Notes under the pieces: model-generated
The model's database searches: none
What the model saw: the letters and a program-made list of their open reading frames with translations, nothing else
Told to the model about the DNA's origin: nothing
Shown here: piece by piece, positions 1 to 9,500 of the stretch
Layout: every line of letters begins with the position of its first letter
Numbering within the stretch: the first letter of the stretch is position 1
From: Candidatus Hydrogenedentota bacterium
GTDB taxonomy: Bacteria; Hydrogenedentota; Hydrogenedentia; Hydrogenedentales; JAEUWI01
Length of the DNA: 41,641 nt
Assembly: GCA_030432675.1 (NCBI GenBank)
Contig: JAUIMA010000003.1
Coordinates: 1-41,641, forward strand
Reading direction: 5' to 3'
Position numbers and translations under genes: made by a program

Positions 1-2
1 CT

Positions 3-425
3 TATATTGCCGCCATTCCGACCCGCCCCGATGGTGAACCCTTCGGGTACAATCCCATTGAAGGGACCATCTACGAGAACAATAAGGGGCCGTCTACCGC
101 AGATTACCTCTTAATGGAAGACATCAAAGTCGCCATTAACAATTTCGGACATGCGACGGGACTTTATCCCCGCACACTCGACGACCTTTACCCCAATTAC
201 ATGCCGATCTTGCCCCGAACATCCACCGGGGCGCCCTTCGGATATGACAATCAAAACGGGGCCCTGACCCATCCGAGTGAAGGCCTGCAATATGCTTCGG
301 AGACGGTGGCCGAAGGCGGAGAGAGTGGCTCGGTCAAACCGGTAAATGCCCTGGGCTCTCTCGACAAGAGCGACCTGAAAGATTCCAACAGCCTGAACAA
401 CGCCCTGGATCGCATCGGCTACTAA
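3..425 (+). CDS. Partial CDS (5' end outside window); pilin/pseudopilin (GspG-like) C-terminal-type protein with an internal duplication
   Basis: The frame is open from base 3 (YIAAIPTRPDGEPFGYNPIEG...) into ORF 114..425. GLYPRTLDDLYPNYMPILP..G.PFGY resembles pseudopilin globular domains, and P....G.PFGY occurs twice. Confidence 0.55.
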   Translation, partial: YIAAIPTRPDGEPFGYNPIEGTIYENNKGPSTADYLLMEDIKVAINNFGHATGLYPRTLDDLYPNYMPILPRTSTGAPFGYDNQNGALTHPSEGLQYASETVAEGGESGSVKPVNALGSLDKSDLKDSNSLNNALDRIGY

Positions 426-526
426 CGTCGCGCCCTTTCGATCCCGTTCAATGGTAATACGTCCCTCAAGCTCCCTCAGCGTGCTTGGGGGACGCGTTGT
501 GTCTGGGGCGGGAAAAGCGCGGGCAC

Positions 527-1615
527 CTACTCCACTTCCGTGTCGCTTACATACACATCCGCGGGTACCGGCTCCTCCAGGCTCATCACAAAAGGACATT
601 TCTCCTGCAGTTCCCGGGCCTCCAACTGGGCACGAAAATTCGCACGCAAGGACCCGCGTAGCAGCGATTCCCGGATGGCCTCCAATTCCCGATCATAGGC
701 GTGTTCTTCACCATCTTCCTCGTCCTCATCCTCCTCGGGGAAACCGGCCATCTCCATGAGCTGATAGGCCAGGGAGTTAAGCTCCGATTCTTCATGAACG
801 AAGAATACCCGGCCCTGCTTTCGATCCCACTCCAGGGCGGTCCAACCGGATTGCTCGAGGAAGGCCACCCGCAACGCTTTTTGCCGCTGTTCCTGCAGTT
901 CACTATCGCCAAAAAGCCAGACCCGACGGGACCGAACGTAGGCGAAAAACAGCGTGGAAAACGCATCGACGGACGGTGTAGCGCGGTCGGCGGGGGCTAC
1001 AAGTGCTTCGGCGGCCGCAAGCACATCGGGGGCATCCATATCTTTGCAACAAGCAACCGGGGCGTTTCGGGCATTCTCCACCATCAAATCCGGCACCCCA
1101 TTAGTTGCCGCGAAGAAGGTCTCATCCGACTTCTGCCCGAACACATCCAATACACAGTCCGCTTCATAGTCATAGACCAGGGCCCAGAGACGCTTGTCGG
1201 AATGGCAAAACACGGAGAGCGAGAAATCATCCACCTGCTCCACCTGAAAACTCCCGACGCCGACGAAGCCCAACGCGCCGAGAGCCTCCCGGTAGCCAAT
1301 GGCCTCTCGGGGGTGGTGCAATTTCGCCTGCGCTGCGGGCAGGAGAATCATATCGTCGTCCAGCAAGGCAAAGGGCCCATAGGCTGTCGCTATCCCTCCC
1401 ATGGCTTCCCCGAGCTGCTTAAAAAACTTTCTGAACTTCCATTTAACGAAATACCAGAGTGCTGCCGCGAGAATAATCAGCGCGAGTAAGGCACCGCCCA
1501 CCACCTTGGGCCACAGCAGCAGGGGCGCCAGCAACACGGCCCACACGATAAGGCGAATCGTCCACTTTCGGAGGGGTGATATAGGCGCGCGGGGCGAAGA
1601 ATCATCGTCGGACAT
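527..1615 (-). CDS. Hypothetical membrane protein (two N-terminal TM helices, soluble domain with acidic patch)
   Basis: Part of ORF 527..1720. The ATG at 1615 is preceded by GGGAG. Hydrophobic segments LIVWAVLLAPLLLW and GALLALIILAAALWYFV; acidic run EEDEDEEDGEE. Confidence 0.75.
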   Translation of the reverse strand: MSDDDSSPRAPISPLRKWTIRLIVWAVLLAPLLLWPKVVGGALLALIILAAALWYFVKWKFRKFFKQLGEAMGGIATAYGPFALLDDDMILLPAAQAKLHHPREAIGYREALGALGFVGVGSFQVEQVDDFSLSVFCHSDKRLWALVYDYEADCVLDVFGQKSDETFFAATNGVPDLMVENARNAPVACCKDMDAPDVLAAAEALVAPADRATPSVDAFSTLFFAYVRSRRVWLFGDSELQEQRQKALRVAFLEQSGWTALEWDRKQGRVFFVHEESELNSLAYQLMEMAGFPEEDEDEEDGEEHAYDRELEAIRESLLRGSLRANFRAQLEARELQEKCPFVMSLEEPVPADVYVSDTEVE

Positions 1616-1842
1616 GACAGGTAACTCCCAATTTGTGATTCCATGCGTCAGGGGGGACACTATGCCAAATTTTGTTGCTGCCCGCAAGCGCCCATGGCGC
1701 CCATAGGATTCTATTTCCATTCGCGTTATAATGGGAAGATAGCAAGGACCTGAGGCATCTGTGGAGGCTCTTCCAGGCAGGACCCCCTCCCGCCGATAAG
1801 CGTCCGCAGTCCATCAACCCAGAACGAGAGGAGTCTTCCTTC

Positions 1843-3441
1843 ATGACGGCACAACTTGGTCAATCCGACGGCGAGCGCTGGAAACGATTGGGCGATATGC
1901 TATTGGATGCGGGCCTTATTACCAGCGGTCAATTGGCAGAGAGCCTCGCGGAAAAAGAGCGTTCCAAGTGCTTTCTCGGGCAAGCGCTGGTCAAGCTGGG
2001 CTATCTGTCGCAAGACGAACTTATTTCCTTCCTGGTGAAACAATGTAAAATCCCCCACATCAATCTGAATGACTACGCCATCGATCCCCAGATTGTGCGG
2101 ACCCTTCCCAACGATCTTTGCCTCCGTTACAAGCTCATCGCCATCGATCAACTCGGCAAGATCCTCACCGTCTGCATGGTCAACCCCCTGGATATCGATG
2201 CCTTGGAGCATGCCCGGGATGCCTGCCCAGCGCTGAAAATCAAGCCCATCCTCTGCACACCCGAGCATTTTGAAAGCGTCGCGAAGCGATTTTTGGTGCA
2301 CCGCGATGAGCCGTCGGAAGACGCGGCACCCAAAGCACCGGACATGTCCCTGGCTTCACTGGGCCTCAGCAGCACGGCCCCGGTGGTCGCATCGGTGGTT
2401 TCCCGCCCCTCGGCGCCAGGTGCCCCGGAGACGCCTATTGAGACGGCGGCCGTATCGCAAGAAACCTTCTCCGCCATCGTGCGGGACGTACTTGGAGAGT
2501 TGTTAAACACCTTCCAGGGCCCGGTTCAGGGGCAGCCCGAGTCGGCAGAACAGATCTGGTCCTCGACAGAAAGTCAGTCTGCCCAGTTTTCCTTCACCCT
2601 GGACCTGGGAGGTGAACTCTGTTATGTCAGCCCTTCGGTAACCGGAATCATGGGCTATCCGGCACAAGAATTTCAGCAGCAATTCGTCCATCTGTTTACG
2701 GACCACCCGGCCAACTCCAAATTACGACAGGCAATCCGGCTGAGCCTCTCCGGCCACCAGCGAAGCCCCATCGAAGCGGAGTTTTTTGCAAAAGACGGAT
2801 CCATGCGAACGCTCATGATCGCGCTGATTCCGGTGTTCGATGGCACCAAGAAACTGGTCGCCGTACAGGGAGTTGCCCGCGATGTTACCCGGCGTGCTGC
2901 GACCGAACAGTCGCTATACTACGCCGCTACACACGATACCCTGACCGGCCTCTTGAATCGGCGCAGTTTCATCACCCGTCTGGAGGAGGCCATTCAACAC
3001 GCACGCCGCTACGGCACCCCGGTGAGTATTGCCATCGTGGACATAGACGATTTCACCCAAATCAATGAGACGTATGGCCATCAGGAGGGGGACGCCATCT
3101 TACGGCACGTGGGACAAACCCTGAAGCAGTCACTCCGGAGCGAGGACATCGTTGCCCACTCAGGGGGCGACGAATTCTGCATTCTCATGCCCCAGGTCGC
3201 ACCGGAGCAAGCGCAGAACGGGATTCGGCGCTATGTCGATGCGATCACCCAGGCCAATTTTTCGACTTCAGGTGGTGAAGCCCTATCCCTCACCGTCACC
3301 GCAGGCTTTTCGACGGTGGCAGAAGGGGCAGAACAATACGAAATGCTATTGGAGACGGCCCGTAGCCTCGTTCGGCGTGGCAAAGAGGCCGGAGGCAATC
3401 GGGTGGTCGTTGGTGAAGAGAGCCCTGCTGCCGAGACCTGA
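1843..3441 (+). CDS. MshEN/T2SSE_N + PAS + GGDEF diguanylate cyclase-like protein
   Basis: N-terminal RLGDMLLDAGLITSGQL...FLGQALVKLGYLS (tandem MshEN motif) and MVNPLD (T2SSE_N). PAS region YVSPSVTGIMGY...GVARDVT. GGDEF motifs HDTLTGLLNRR, DIDDF and SGGDEF, with an RxxD I-site (RSED). RBS GAGGAG. Confidence 0.9.
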   Translation: MTAQLGQSDGERWKRLGDMLLDAGLITSGQLAESLAEKERSKCFLGQALVKLGYLSQDELISFLVKQCKIPHINLNDYAIDPQIVRTLPNDLCLRYKLIAIDQLGKILTVCMVNPLDIDALEHARDACPALKIKPILCTPEHFESVAKRFLVHRDEPSEDAAPKAPDMSLASLGLSSTAPVVASVVSRPSAPGAPETPIETAAVSQETFSAIVRDVLGELLNTFQGPVQGQPESAEQIWSSTESQSAQFSFTLDLGGELCYVSPSVTGIMGYPAQEFQQQFVHLFTDHPANSKLRQAIRLSLSGHQRSPIEAEFFAKDGSMRTLMIALIPVFDGTKKLVAVQGVARDVTRRAATEQSLYYAATHDTLTGLLNRRSFITRLEEAIQHARRYGTPVSIAIVDIDDFTQINETYGHQEGDAILRHVGQTLKQSLRSEDIVAHSGGDEFCILMPQVAPEQAQNGIRRYVDAITQANFSTSGGEALSLTVTAGFSTVAEGAEQYEMLLETARSLVRRGKEAGGNRVVVGEESPAAET

Positions 3442-3546
3442 TACGGATGTTCCGCAACCAAGCCCGGCACGAAAGAGGCTTACGGGGAGCGCACCCGCCC
3501 TGTGACTTACCATCTGGAATGCAAAGCGGCAATTTTCCTGCCATTT

Positions 3547-3607
3547 CGTCACATAACGTCACATCGGCGGCGAAAACTTGACATCTACAGGGCGCATTTC
3601 CTACAAT
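3547..3607 (+). promoter_or_regulatory. Sigma70-type promoter with upstream 8-bp direct repeat
   Basis: TTGACA (3578-3583)-N18-TACAAT (3602-3607); CGTCACAT at 3547-3554 and 3557-3564. Confidence 0.6.
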
Positions 3608-3649
3608 TTGGTCACTTCAAACCCAACCAATGGATGGATTTGCCCCCCA

Positions 3650-5200
3650 ATGACAACAACGACCCCCAAAGTGAAGAGCAAGATTTCGGAACTCTCACTT
3701 TTATTCGAGATTAGCCGCATCCTTGACCGAAGTATGGACCTCCGCGACGAGCTTGGTCCCGTGCTCAAAGCAATTGCTAAACACACCGGCATGCTGCGCG
3801 GCACCATCACCTTGGTCAACCGTGAAAACGGAGAACTATTTATTGAGGCGGCCCACGGCCTGTCCGGTCGTGAATTAGAGCGGGGCCACTATAAGCCCGG
3901 CGAAGGCGTCGTCGGCAAAGTCGTCCAGACGGGCCGTCCCGTCGTCGTGCCACGCATTTCGGAAGAACCCCTCTTCCTGAACCGCACGAAGGCCCGTGAA
4001 AATGCGAGCCGAGATGATATCTCCTATGTCTGCGTCCCTATTAAAATGGAAACGCAGGTAATCGGGGCGCTCAGTGCCGACCGACTCTTCTCGGAGGAAG
4101 ATTCCCTCGACGAAGAGTTGCGACTCATGACCATCATCGCCTCCATGGTGGCCCAGGCGGTTCGCCTGCGGCAGGAGCATCAGGACGAGCGCAATCGGCT
4201 CCTGAAAGAAAACAGTCGCCTTCAAAACGCACTCCAGGAACGATTCCGCCCCGCAAATATCATTGGGCGATCCGGATCGATGCAGGAAGTTTTCGACCTC
4301 ATTGCCCAGGTGGCCCAAAGTGATGCGACGGTGCTGGTGCGCGGCGAAAGTGGCGTGGGTAAAGAACTCGTCGCCCATGCCATCCACTACAACAGCCAAC
4401 GTGCCGCTAAACCATTTATCCGGGTGAACTGTGCCGCACTCCCCGACTCGGTCATCGAAAGTGAGCTCTTCGGCCATGAGAAAGGCGCATTTACGGGTGC
4501 GACCCAAATGCGTCAGGGCCGTTTCGAGCTGGCCCATGGCGGCACTATCTTCCTGGATGAAATCGGTGACCTGGCCCCCCAGACCCAGGTGCGGCTACTC
4601 CGTATTCTCCAAGAACGGGAATTTGAACGGGTGGGCGGACAAGAGACGTTGAAGGTGGATGTGCGGGTTATTGCGGCGACAAACCGCCACCTGGAGTCCA
4701 TGATCACGGACGAGAGTTTCCGTCAGGACCTCTATTATCGACTTAATGTGTTCCCCATTCACATTCCCCCGCTCAAAGAGCGGCGCACCGATATCCTGGA
4801 ACTTGCCAACTTCTTCGTAGAGAAATACAGTAAAGGCAATCACAAATACGTCCGCCGCATTTCGACCCCCGCCATCGATATGTTGATGAGCTACCACTGG
4901 CCGGGCAATGTACGTGAGTTGGAAAATTGCATCGAGCGTGCCGTACTCCTTACCAATGACGACGTAGTCCACGGGCATCATCTCCCCCCCACGCTCCAAA
5001 CCGCCGAAGCGTCCAACACGCCCATCAAGGGCACGCTGGAGGAGTGTCTGGAGCGGGTCGAACGGGAACTCATCGTAGAGGCCCTCAAGGTCGCCAAAGG
5101 CAATAAAGCCAAGGCGGCCCGGGAGCTGGGCATCACCGAACGCCTGATGGGATTGCGGGTCAACAAGTACACCATCAACACCCGTGAGTTTCGCGCCTGA
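3650..5200 (+). CDS. NifA-like sigma54-dependent transcriptional activator (GAF-AAA+-HTH)
   Basis: N-terminal GAF domain, Walker [24 protein letters not shown], Walker [17 protein letters not shown], and Fis-type [15 protein letters not shown]. The track's TTG start at 3578 coincides with the -35 box, so ATG 3650 is preferred. Confidence 0.93.
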   Translation: MTTTTPKVKSKISELSLLFEISRILDRSMDLRDELGPVLKAIAKHTGMLRGTITLVNRENGELFIEAAHGLSGRELERGHYKPGEGVVGKVVQTGRPVVVPRISEEPLFLNRTKARENASRDDISYVCVPIKMETQVIGALSADRLFSEEDSLDEELRLMTIIASMVAQAVRLRQEHQDERNRLLKENSRLQNALQERFRPANIIGRSGSMQEVFDLIAQVAQSDATVLVRGESGVGKELVAHAIHYNSQRAAKPFIRVNCAALPDSVIESELFGHEKGAFTGATQMRQGRFELAHGGTIFLDEIGDLAPQTQVRLLRILQEREFERVGGQETLKVDVRVIAATNRHLESMITDESFRQDLYYRLNVFPIHIPPLKERRTDILELANFFVEKYSKGNHKYVRRISTPAIDMLMSYHWPGNVRELENCIERAVLLTNDDVVHGHHLPPTLQTAEASNTPIKGTLEECLERVERELIVEALKVAKGNKAKAARELGITERLMGLRVNKYTINTREFRA

Positions 5201-5302
5201 TCCGCCCGGTTCCGTTGCAGGAAAGGCTGCTCGCGAGCACGCGTAACGTCAAGGTAGTCGGCGTTCCCGTGGACGGCCCCCCATATCTGGTGGTTTCCGT
5301 CG

Positions 5303-5356
5303 CTTTACCCCCTGTAAAGACTTGACAAGCCGTCTACACTCTAGTAAACTGTTTAC
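5303..5356 (+). promoter_or_regulatory. Sigma70-type promoter flanked by two inverted repeats
   Basis: TTGACA (5322-5327)-N17-TAAACT (5345-5350). CTTTAC-N5-GTAAAG at 5303-5319; GTAAAC-T-GTTTAC at 5344-5356. Confidence 0.65.
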
Positions 5357-5428
5357 AAAAGTAGTAGCTTTGTGGTTTGTTGCGCAGCAGAAACCACCTC
5401 AACTGAAAGCATGCGGAGAACCCGACTC

Positions 5429-5623
5429 GTGAAACACCTCAAAAAAATCAGCCAAGTGCAACCCGCCCCGGCCGACGCCGTTCAGGATTTCCTTTGCTTT
5501 GCCGCAGAAGCCTTGAATGCTTTTCTTTCGGTTATTGGGGGAACGCTTCCGATCACGACCTACGTGGAAGACAAGTGCATCATTCCCGTGGCGAATGATT
5601 CAGGCGGCGACACAACCGCATAA
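5429..5623 (+). CDS. Small protein (64 aa) of unknown function
   Basis: GTG at 5429 preceded by GGAGAA and its own promoter. Sequence MKHLKKISQVQPAPADAVQDFLCFAAEALNAFLSVIGGTLPITTYVEDKCIIPVANDSGGDTTA. Confidence 0.7.
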   Translation: MKHLKKISQVQPAPADAVQDFLCFAAEALNAFLSVIGGTLPITTYVEDKCIIPVANDSGGDTTA

Positions 5624-5659
5624 CGTATTACCGTTACTCCCGCACTGCGCGCCACTATT

Positions 5660-5741
5660 TCATACAAAGTACTGTATGACAGGTGGTTACGCACCATGCG
5701 GGGGGAAGATTGTTGACAGAATGCGCCCCTTAGCGCATAAT
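5660..5741 (+). promoter_or_regulatory. Sigma70-type promoter of the lipoprotein operon with upstream inverted repeat
   Basis: TTGACA (5713-5718)-N17-CATAAT (5736-5741); TCATACA-N6-TGTATGA at 5660-5679. Confidence 0.65.
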
Positions 5742-5842
5742 ACAATCACTGGAATTCCGGCGTCCGCGCGTGACGTCTTTCTGTTGTTTTGCACCACAGT
5801 ACTCAGACCTATCAGTGCGACCGTGACCAGAAGGTGGTTATC

Positions 5843-6466
5843 ATGATCCGACAACACTTAGCAAAAATGTTTCTGCCCACGCTGATCGTGGCTCTCGCGG
5901 CCACTCTCTCCGGCTGCCCTGGGGGTAACATTGTCTACTTTCAGGATGCCGCCCTGGAATCAGCGGTCCGCGCAAGCATCGGTAAACCGCTCGGTTTTCT
6001 GACCACCACGGACGTGTTGGCCATTACCGAGGTGGACGCATCCGGACTGAACATTCAAAACCTGGATGGCATAGAGTCCCTGCGCAACCTGACCGTGCTG
6101 AATCTGCGCAGCAATGGCGTGCGCACTATCACCCCACTGGAAAATCTGGTAAATCTCCGGGTATTGGATTTGGGCGACAACAACGTTGCCCAGATAACGG
6201 CCATTTCCGGATTGTTCCTCTTAGAAGAATTGACCCTCTCTGGTGCGCAAATGGATATTGTTGACTGGTCTCCCCTGTCTGCCAATGCGACCAATGGTGG
6301 TTTGGGCAATGGGGACATTGTGGTCCTCCCTACCAACACGACCCTGGATTCCGATGGGAACGTGCTGAACTATTGGGAAGACGACTATCTGACCTTGCTC
6401 AACCTGGGCGTTTCCGTACTCTTTGACGAGATGGGAACGACGGACACCAAAACCGCATCGAACTGA
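5843..6466 (+). CDS. Leucine-rich-repeat (internalin-like) lipoprotein
   Basis: Lipobox LSG-C(P). LRR N-cap FQDAALESAVRASIG followed by about 4 LRRs (LTVLNLRSNGV, LRVLDLGDNNV). GAAGGTGG upstream of ATG 5843. Confidence 0.88.
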   Translation: MIRQHLAKMFLPTLIVALAATLSGCPGGNIVYFQDAALESAVRASIGKPLGFLTTTDVLAITEVDASGLNIQNLDGIESLRNLTVLNLRSNGVRTITPLENLVNLRVLDLGDNNVAQITAISGLFLLEELTLSGAQMDIVDWSPLSANATNGGLGNGDIVVLPTNTTLDSDGNVLNYWEDDYLTLLNLGVSVLFDEMGTTDTKTASN

Positions 6467-6549
6467 TCCACACGACACGAGCGTGACACGGTGGCGCGGC
6501 CCGCATGCACAACTTGCGAATCATTAAACGGTAGACTGAGGTAGGCACT

Positions 6550-9500
6550 ATGGCTGAATGGAAATCGCGTGTTGGTCAACTGGCGCTACTGCTGGCGGCA
6601 ACCATAATCTCCGGCTGCCCGGTTTCAGTTGTTACGGCCCCTCAACTGAATGCTTCCCCCGCGGCCACGGACTTCGGCACCACCCAAACCACACGCGATC
6701 TCGCCCTGGAGAACACGGGCGGCGGCACGTTGGAATGGACGGCTCAGGAAGTGACACGGGTAGACGTAGATTCTCCCTGGGTCGCTGCAGACGTCCCCTG
6801 GCTTACCTTGAGTGTCGCCTCCGGTGCCATCACGACCGATCTTGACCACATCACCCTGATGGCCTCCCGCACCGGTCTTTCCTCTGGCCTCTACACCAAT
6901 ACGGGCGTTCAGATAACCAGTAACGGCGGCACGGTCACGGTGCCCGTTTCGCTTACCGTGGAAGCCCAGCTACAGGTAACCCCGCAGCGCCTCGCGCTTT
7001 CCGCCACAGAGACGTCGGGCACCTTCTCTGTGGTTAACAATGGCACCACACCGCTTTCATGGACCATTTCCTATCTCACTGACCCAAATGACCGCAACTC
7101 CACCGGCACACTGCCCAGCGGATTTACCGTCAATCCGGCCAGTGGCACGAATCAATCACTTGCAAGCACCTCCATCAACGTCACCTTCCCTGCCGGCACG
7201 GATGATTTCGCGTTGCTGGTAGACTCAGCCTCCGGCCAGGAAGTGGTCACCTTTTCGGTGGGCTCAGCACTGACCCAACTGCTCGTCAGCCCCACAACAC
7301 TGACGCTCTCCATTGCGAGCAATTCGGAAACGACGACTGAGCAGCCGGCCTCGACCTTACGCCTCGAAAACGTGGGCAACCTTCCGGTCTCCTGGACCAT
7401 TGACCTTTCAGAGCGCATTAACCCCAACGCCTCACCGCCCCTTTCCGCCGATCCGATTCTTGGCACGACCCAGATTGGAAGCACCTCAGAAATCGCCGTT
7501 CGCGTAACGGACCCCGATACCATCATTCAGGGAGACGGCATCTACGAACTTGCGGTTCGTGTAGGCGACTCATTCCAGACCGTGCCGATTATTGTCGACG
7601 TACTCCCCCTACCGGAAATCACGTTGGCGCTGCCACCCGAAACGGAATTTCTCCAGCCCCCCGTGGTAGAGACCGACCTCCTGGACTTTGGCGATGATCT
7701 GGTGCAGGACCAGTTTTTCGTGGTCAACACGGGGAGCCGCGATTCCGAGCTCTTCTTCCAGGTAACCTATGACGAGCAGGGTCAGGACAACGCCCTGATT
7801 GCGGCGATAACCCCACTCCGTGGCAATACCAACGGTTCAGACCGCGACTATTATCTCTTTGACCAACAGGTCTATACGGATGGCGTACCGGTTTCAGTCA
7901 CCATCAATCGCAACAACCTGGTCGAAGATCTCGAAACCCGTCTTATCACCGTGCGCGCCTTTGAGAGCAACAACTTCGTCTCCCAATTGACGGCCGTTGC
8001 GGAAAAGACCATCGAGATTCGCGTTGCGAAACCGCCTTATACCATTACCGGTGCCACGAACCGTGCACGGGCACCCAGCATGCTTCGCTTCGTCTTCAGT
8101 AACCGGGACGAATTGGGCCAGGTCATTCCCCTTCAGAGCGAAGCCGACCGCGAGCGGGTTGCTTACGAGATTTTCGAAAACGAAATTGCCCTCGATCTCA
8201 ATGAAACCAGTCAGTTCCTGACTTTTGACTACCGTGGAAACGTGGTGCTAATCCTCGACTTCACCGGCAGTATGTACAACGCAGGCACGACGGGCCCCAA
8301 TCCCCTTCAGCCCGGCGATGCGGTCGCACTGATGCGCGAAGCCGCCAAGGCCTTCATTGACGACCTCCCCCCCAACTTCAATCTTCAGATCATGTATCAC
8401 ACCGATCGCGTCCCCGAAGAACGCATTATCCAGCGCTTTACGAATGACCGCACCCAGCTTAAGGACGCTCTGGACCGCTTCACCGTCTCTCCCGCACTAT
8501 TCGGTGACTCCGACATTGTAGAAACACTGGAGATGGCCATTGACTCGCTGGTGGCGGAAGACCCGGCCGGCACGCTGCCCTTTGACGATGCGGACGTCCG
8601 CGCAGTCGTATTCATTACCGATGGCAAAGAGACGGTTTCGGGCAACACCGTGACCGGCGTGGATGGCCTTGCCGAAGAATCCCGGACCCGGCTCTATCCC
8701 GTTGCCTACAGCCCCAACGGCGATCCGGCCCCCCTTGCTGACCTGATTGTCTCGGCCGAGTCTTCGGGTGGTTACCTCTACACCGCAGGTAGCGTGCGCA
8801 ATCTCTCCACGGTATTTGGCACCCGGAGTTCCATGGAAGTTCTGGCAACGACCAGTGCCATCCCCAATACGGCTGCATTCACCATTCGGAACGTAGGCAC
8901 GTCGGCCTTCACCTACGAAATTACGCCCGACGACTCCCCATGGCTAGGCACCGTCAGCCTGCCCGAAGGGAACGTGAATGGCGGCGCGAGCCAGGCCATC
9001 ACCTTGACCTTGGATCCCACCGGTATCGACGCCAACACACGGCTTCGTGCGACGGTCAATGTTATTGCATCCAATGGCGATGAAGCCGAAGTCGTGGTGC
9101 ACTTCCTTACCACCAACGCTGCCGCCACCAACATCGAAACTACGGTGCGCGATGAAACGGGCACCATCTGGGAAGAACTCAACAACCAATCGGTGCTCAC
9201 CTATACCACCCCGAAGGAAGTCGACTTTCAGTACTTGCTCTCCGGCACCTATCGTCTCCCCGACGATACGATTATTGAAGGCCCCTTCCAACGCAATGCC
9301 GTCTTCACCTTGGGCGACCCCCGCATTGGACAGGTCTCCCTGCGCTCGGCCGGCATCGTAGAAGACTTGAGCACTGTAGACCCCGAACAACGCTTTCGGG
9401 CTGAAGTCTATGTGTATGCCGACTACGTGCCGCGGAACATTCGCTCTTTCTCCTTCCGCTTCATGCCGCAAGCTGCAACGGACCTCAGCGCCGCCAATCA

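Noticed and set aside
3464-3481. GGCACG-N6-GC as a sigma54 promoter
   Set aside because: GG-N10-GC spacing fits, but the TT before GC is missing, and a better sigma70 promoter lies downstream.
3650-5200. Assigning the gene symbol nifA
   Set aside because: The architecture fits, but there is no nif context, so orthology cannot be established.
5278-5293. CCCCCATATCTGGTGG resembling an NrdR box
   Set aside because: Single imperfect copy with no ribonucleotide reductase gene nearby.
5313-5327. TGT...ACA as a NifA upstream activator sequence
   Set aside because: The spacer is 9 nt rather than 10, and no -24/-12 promoter follows.
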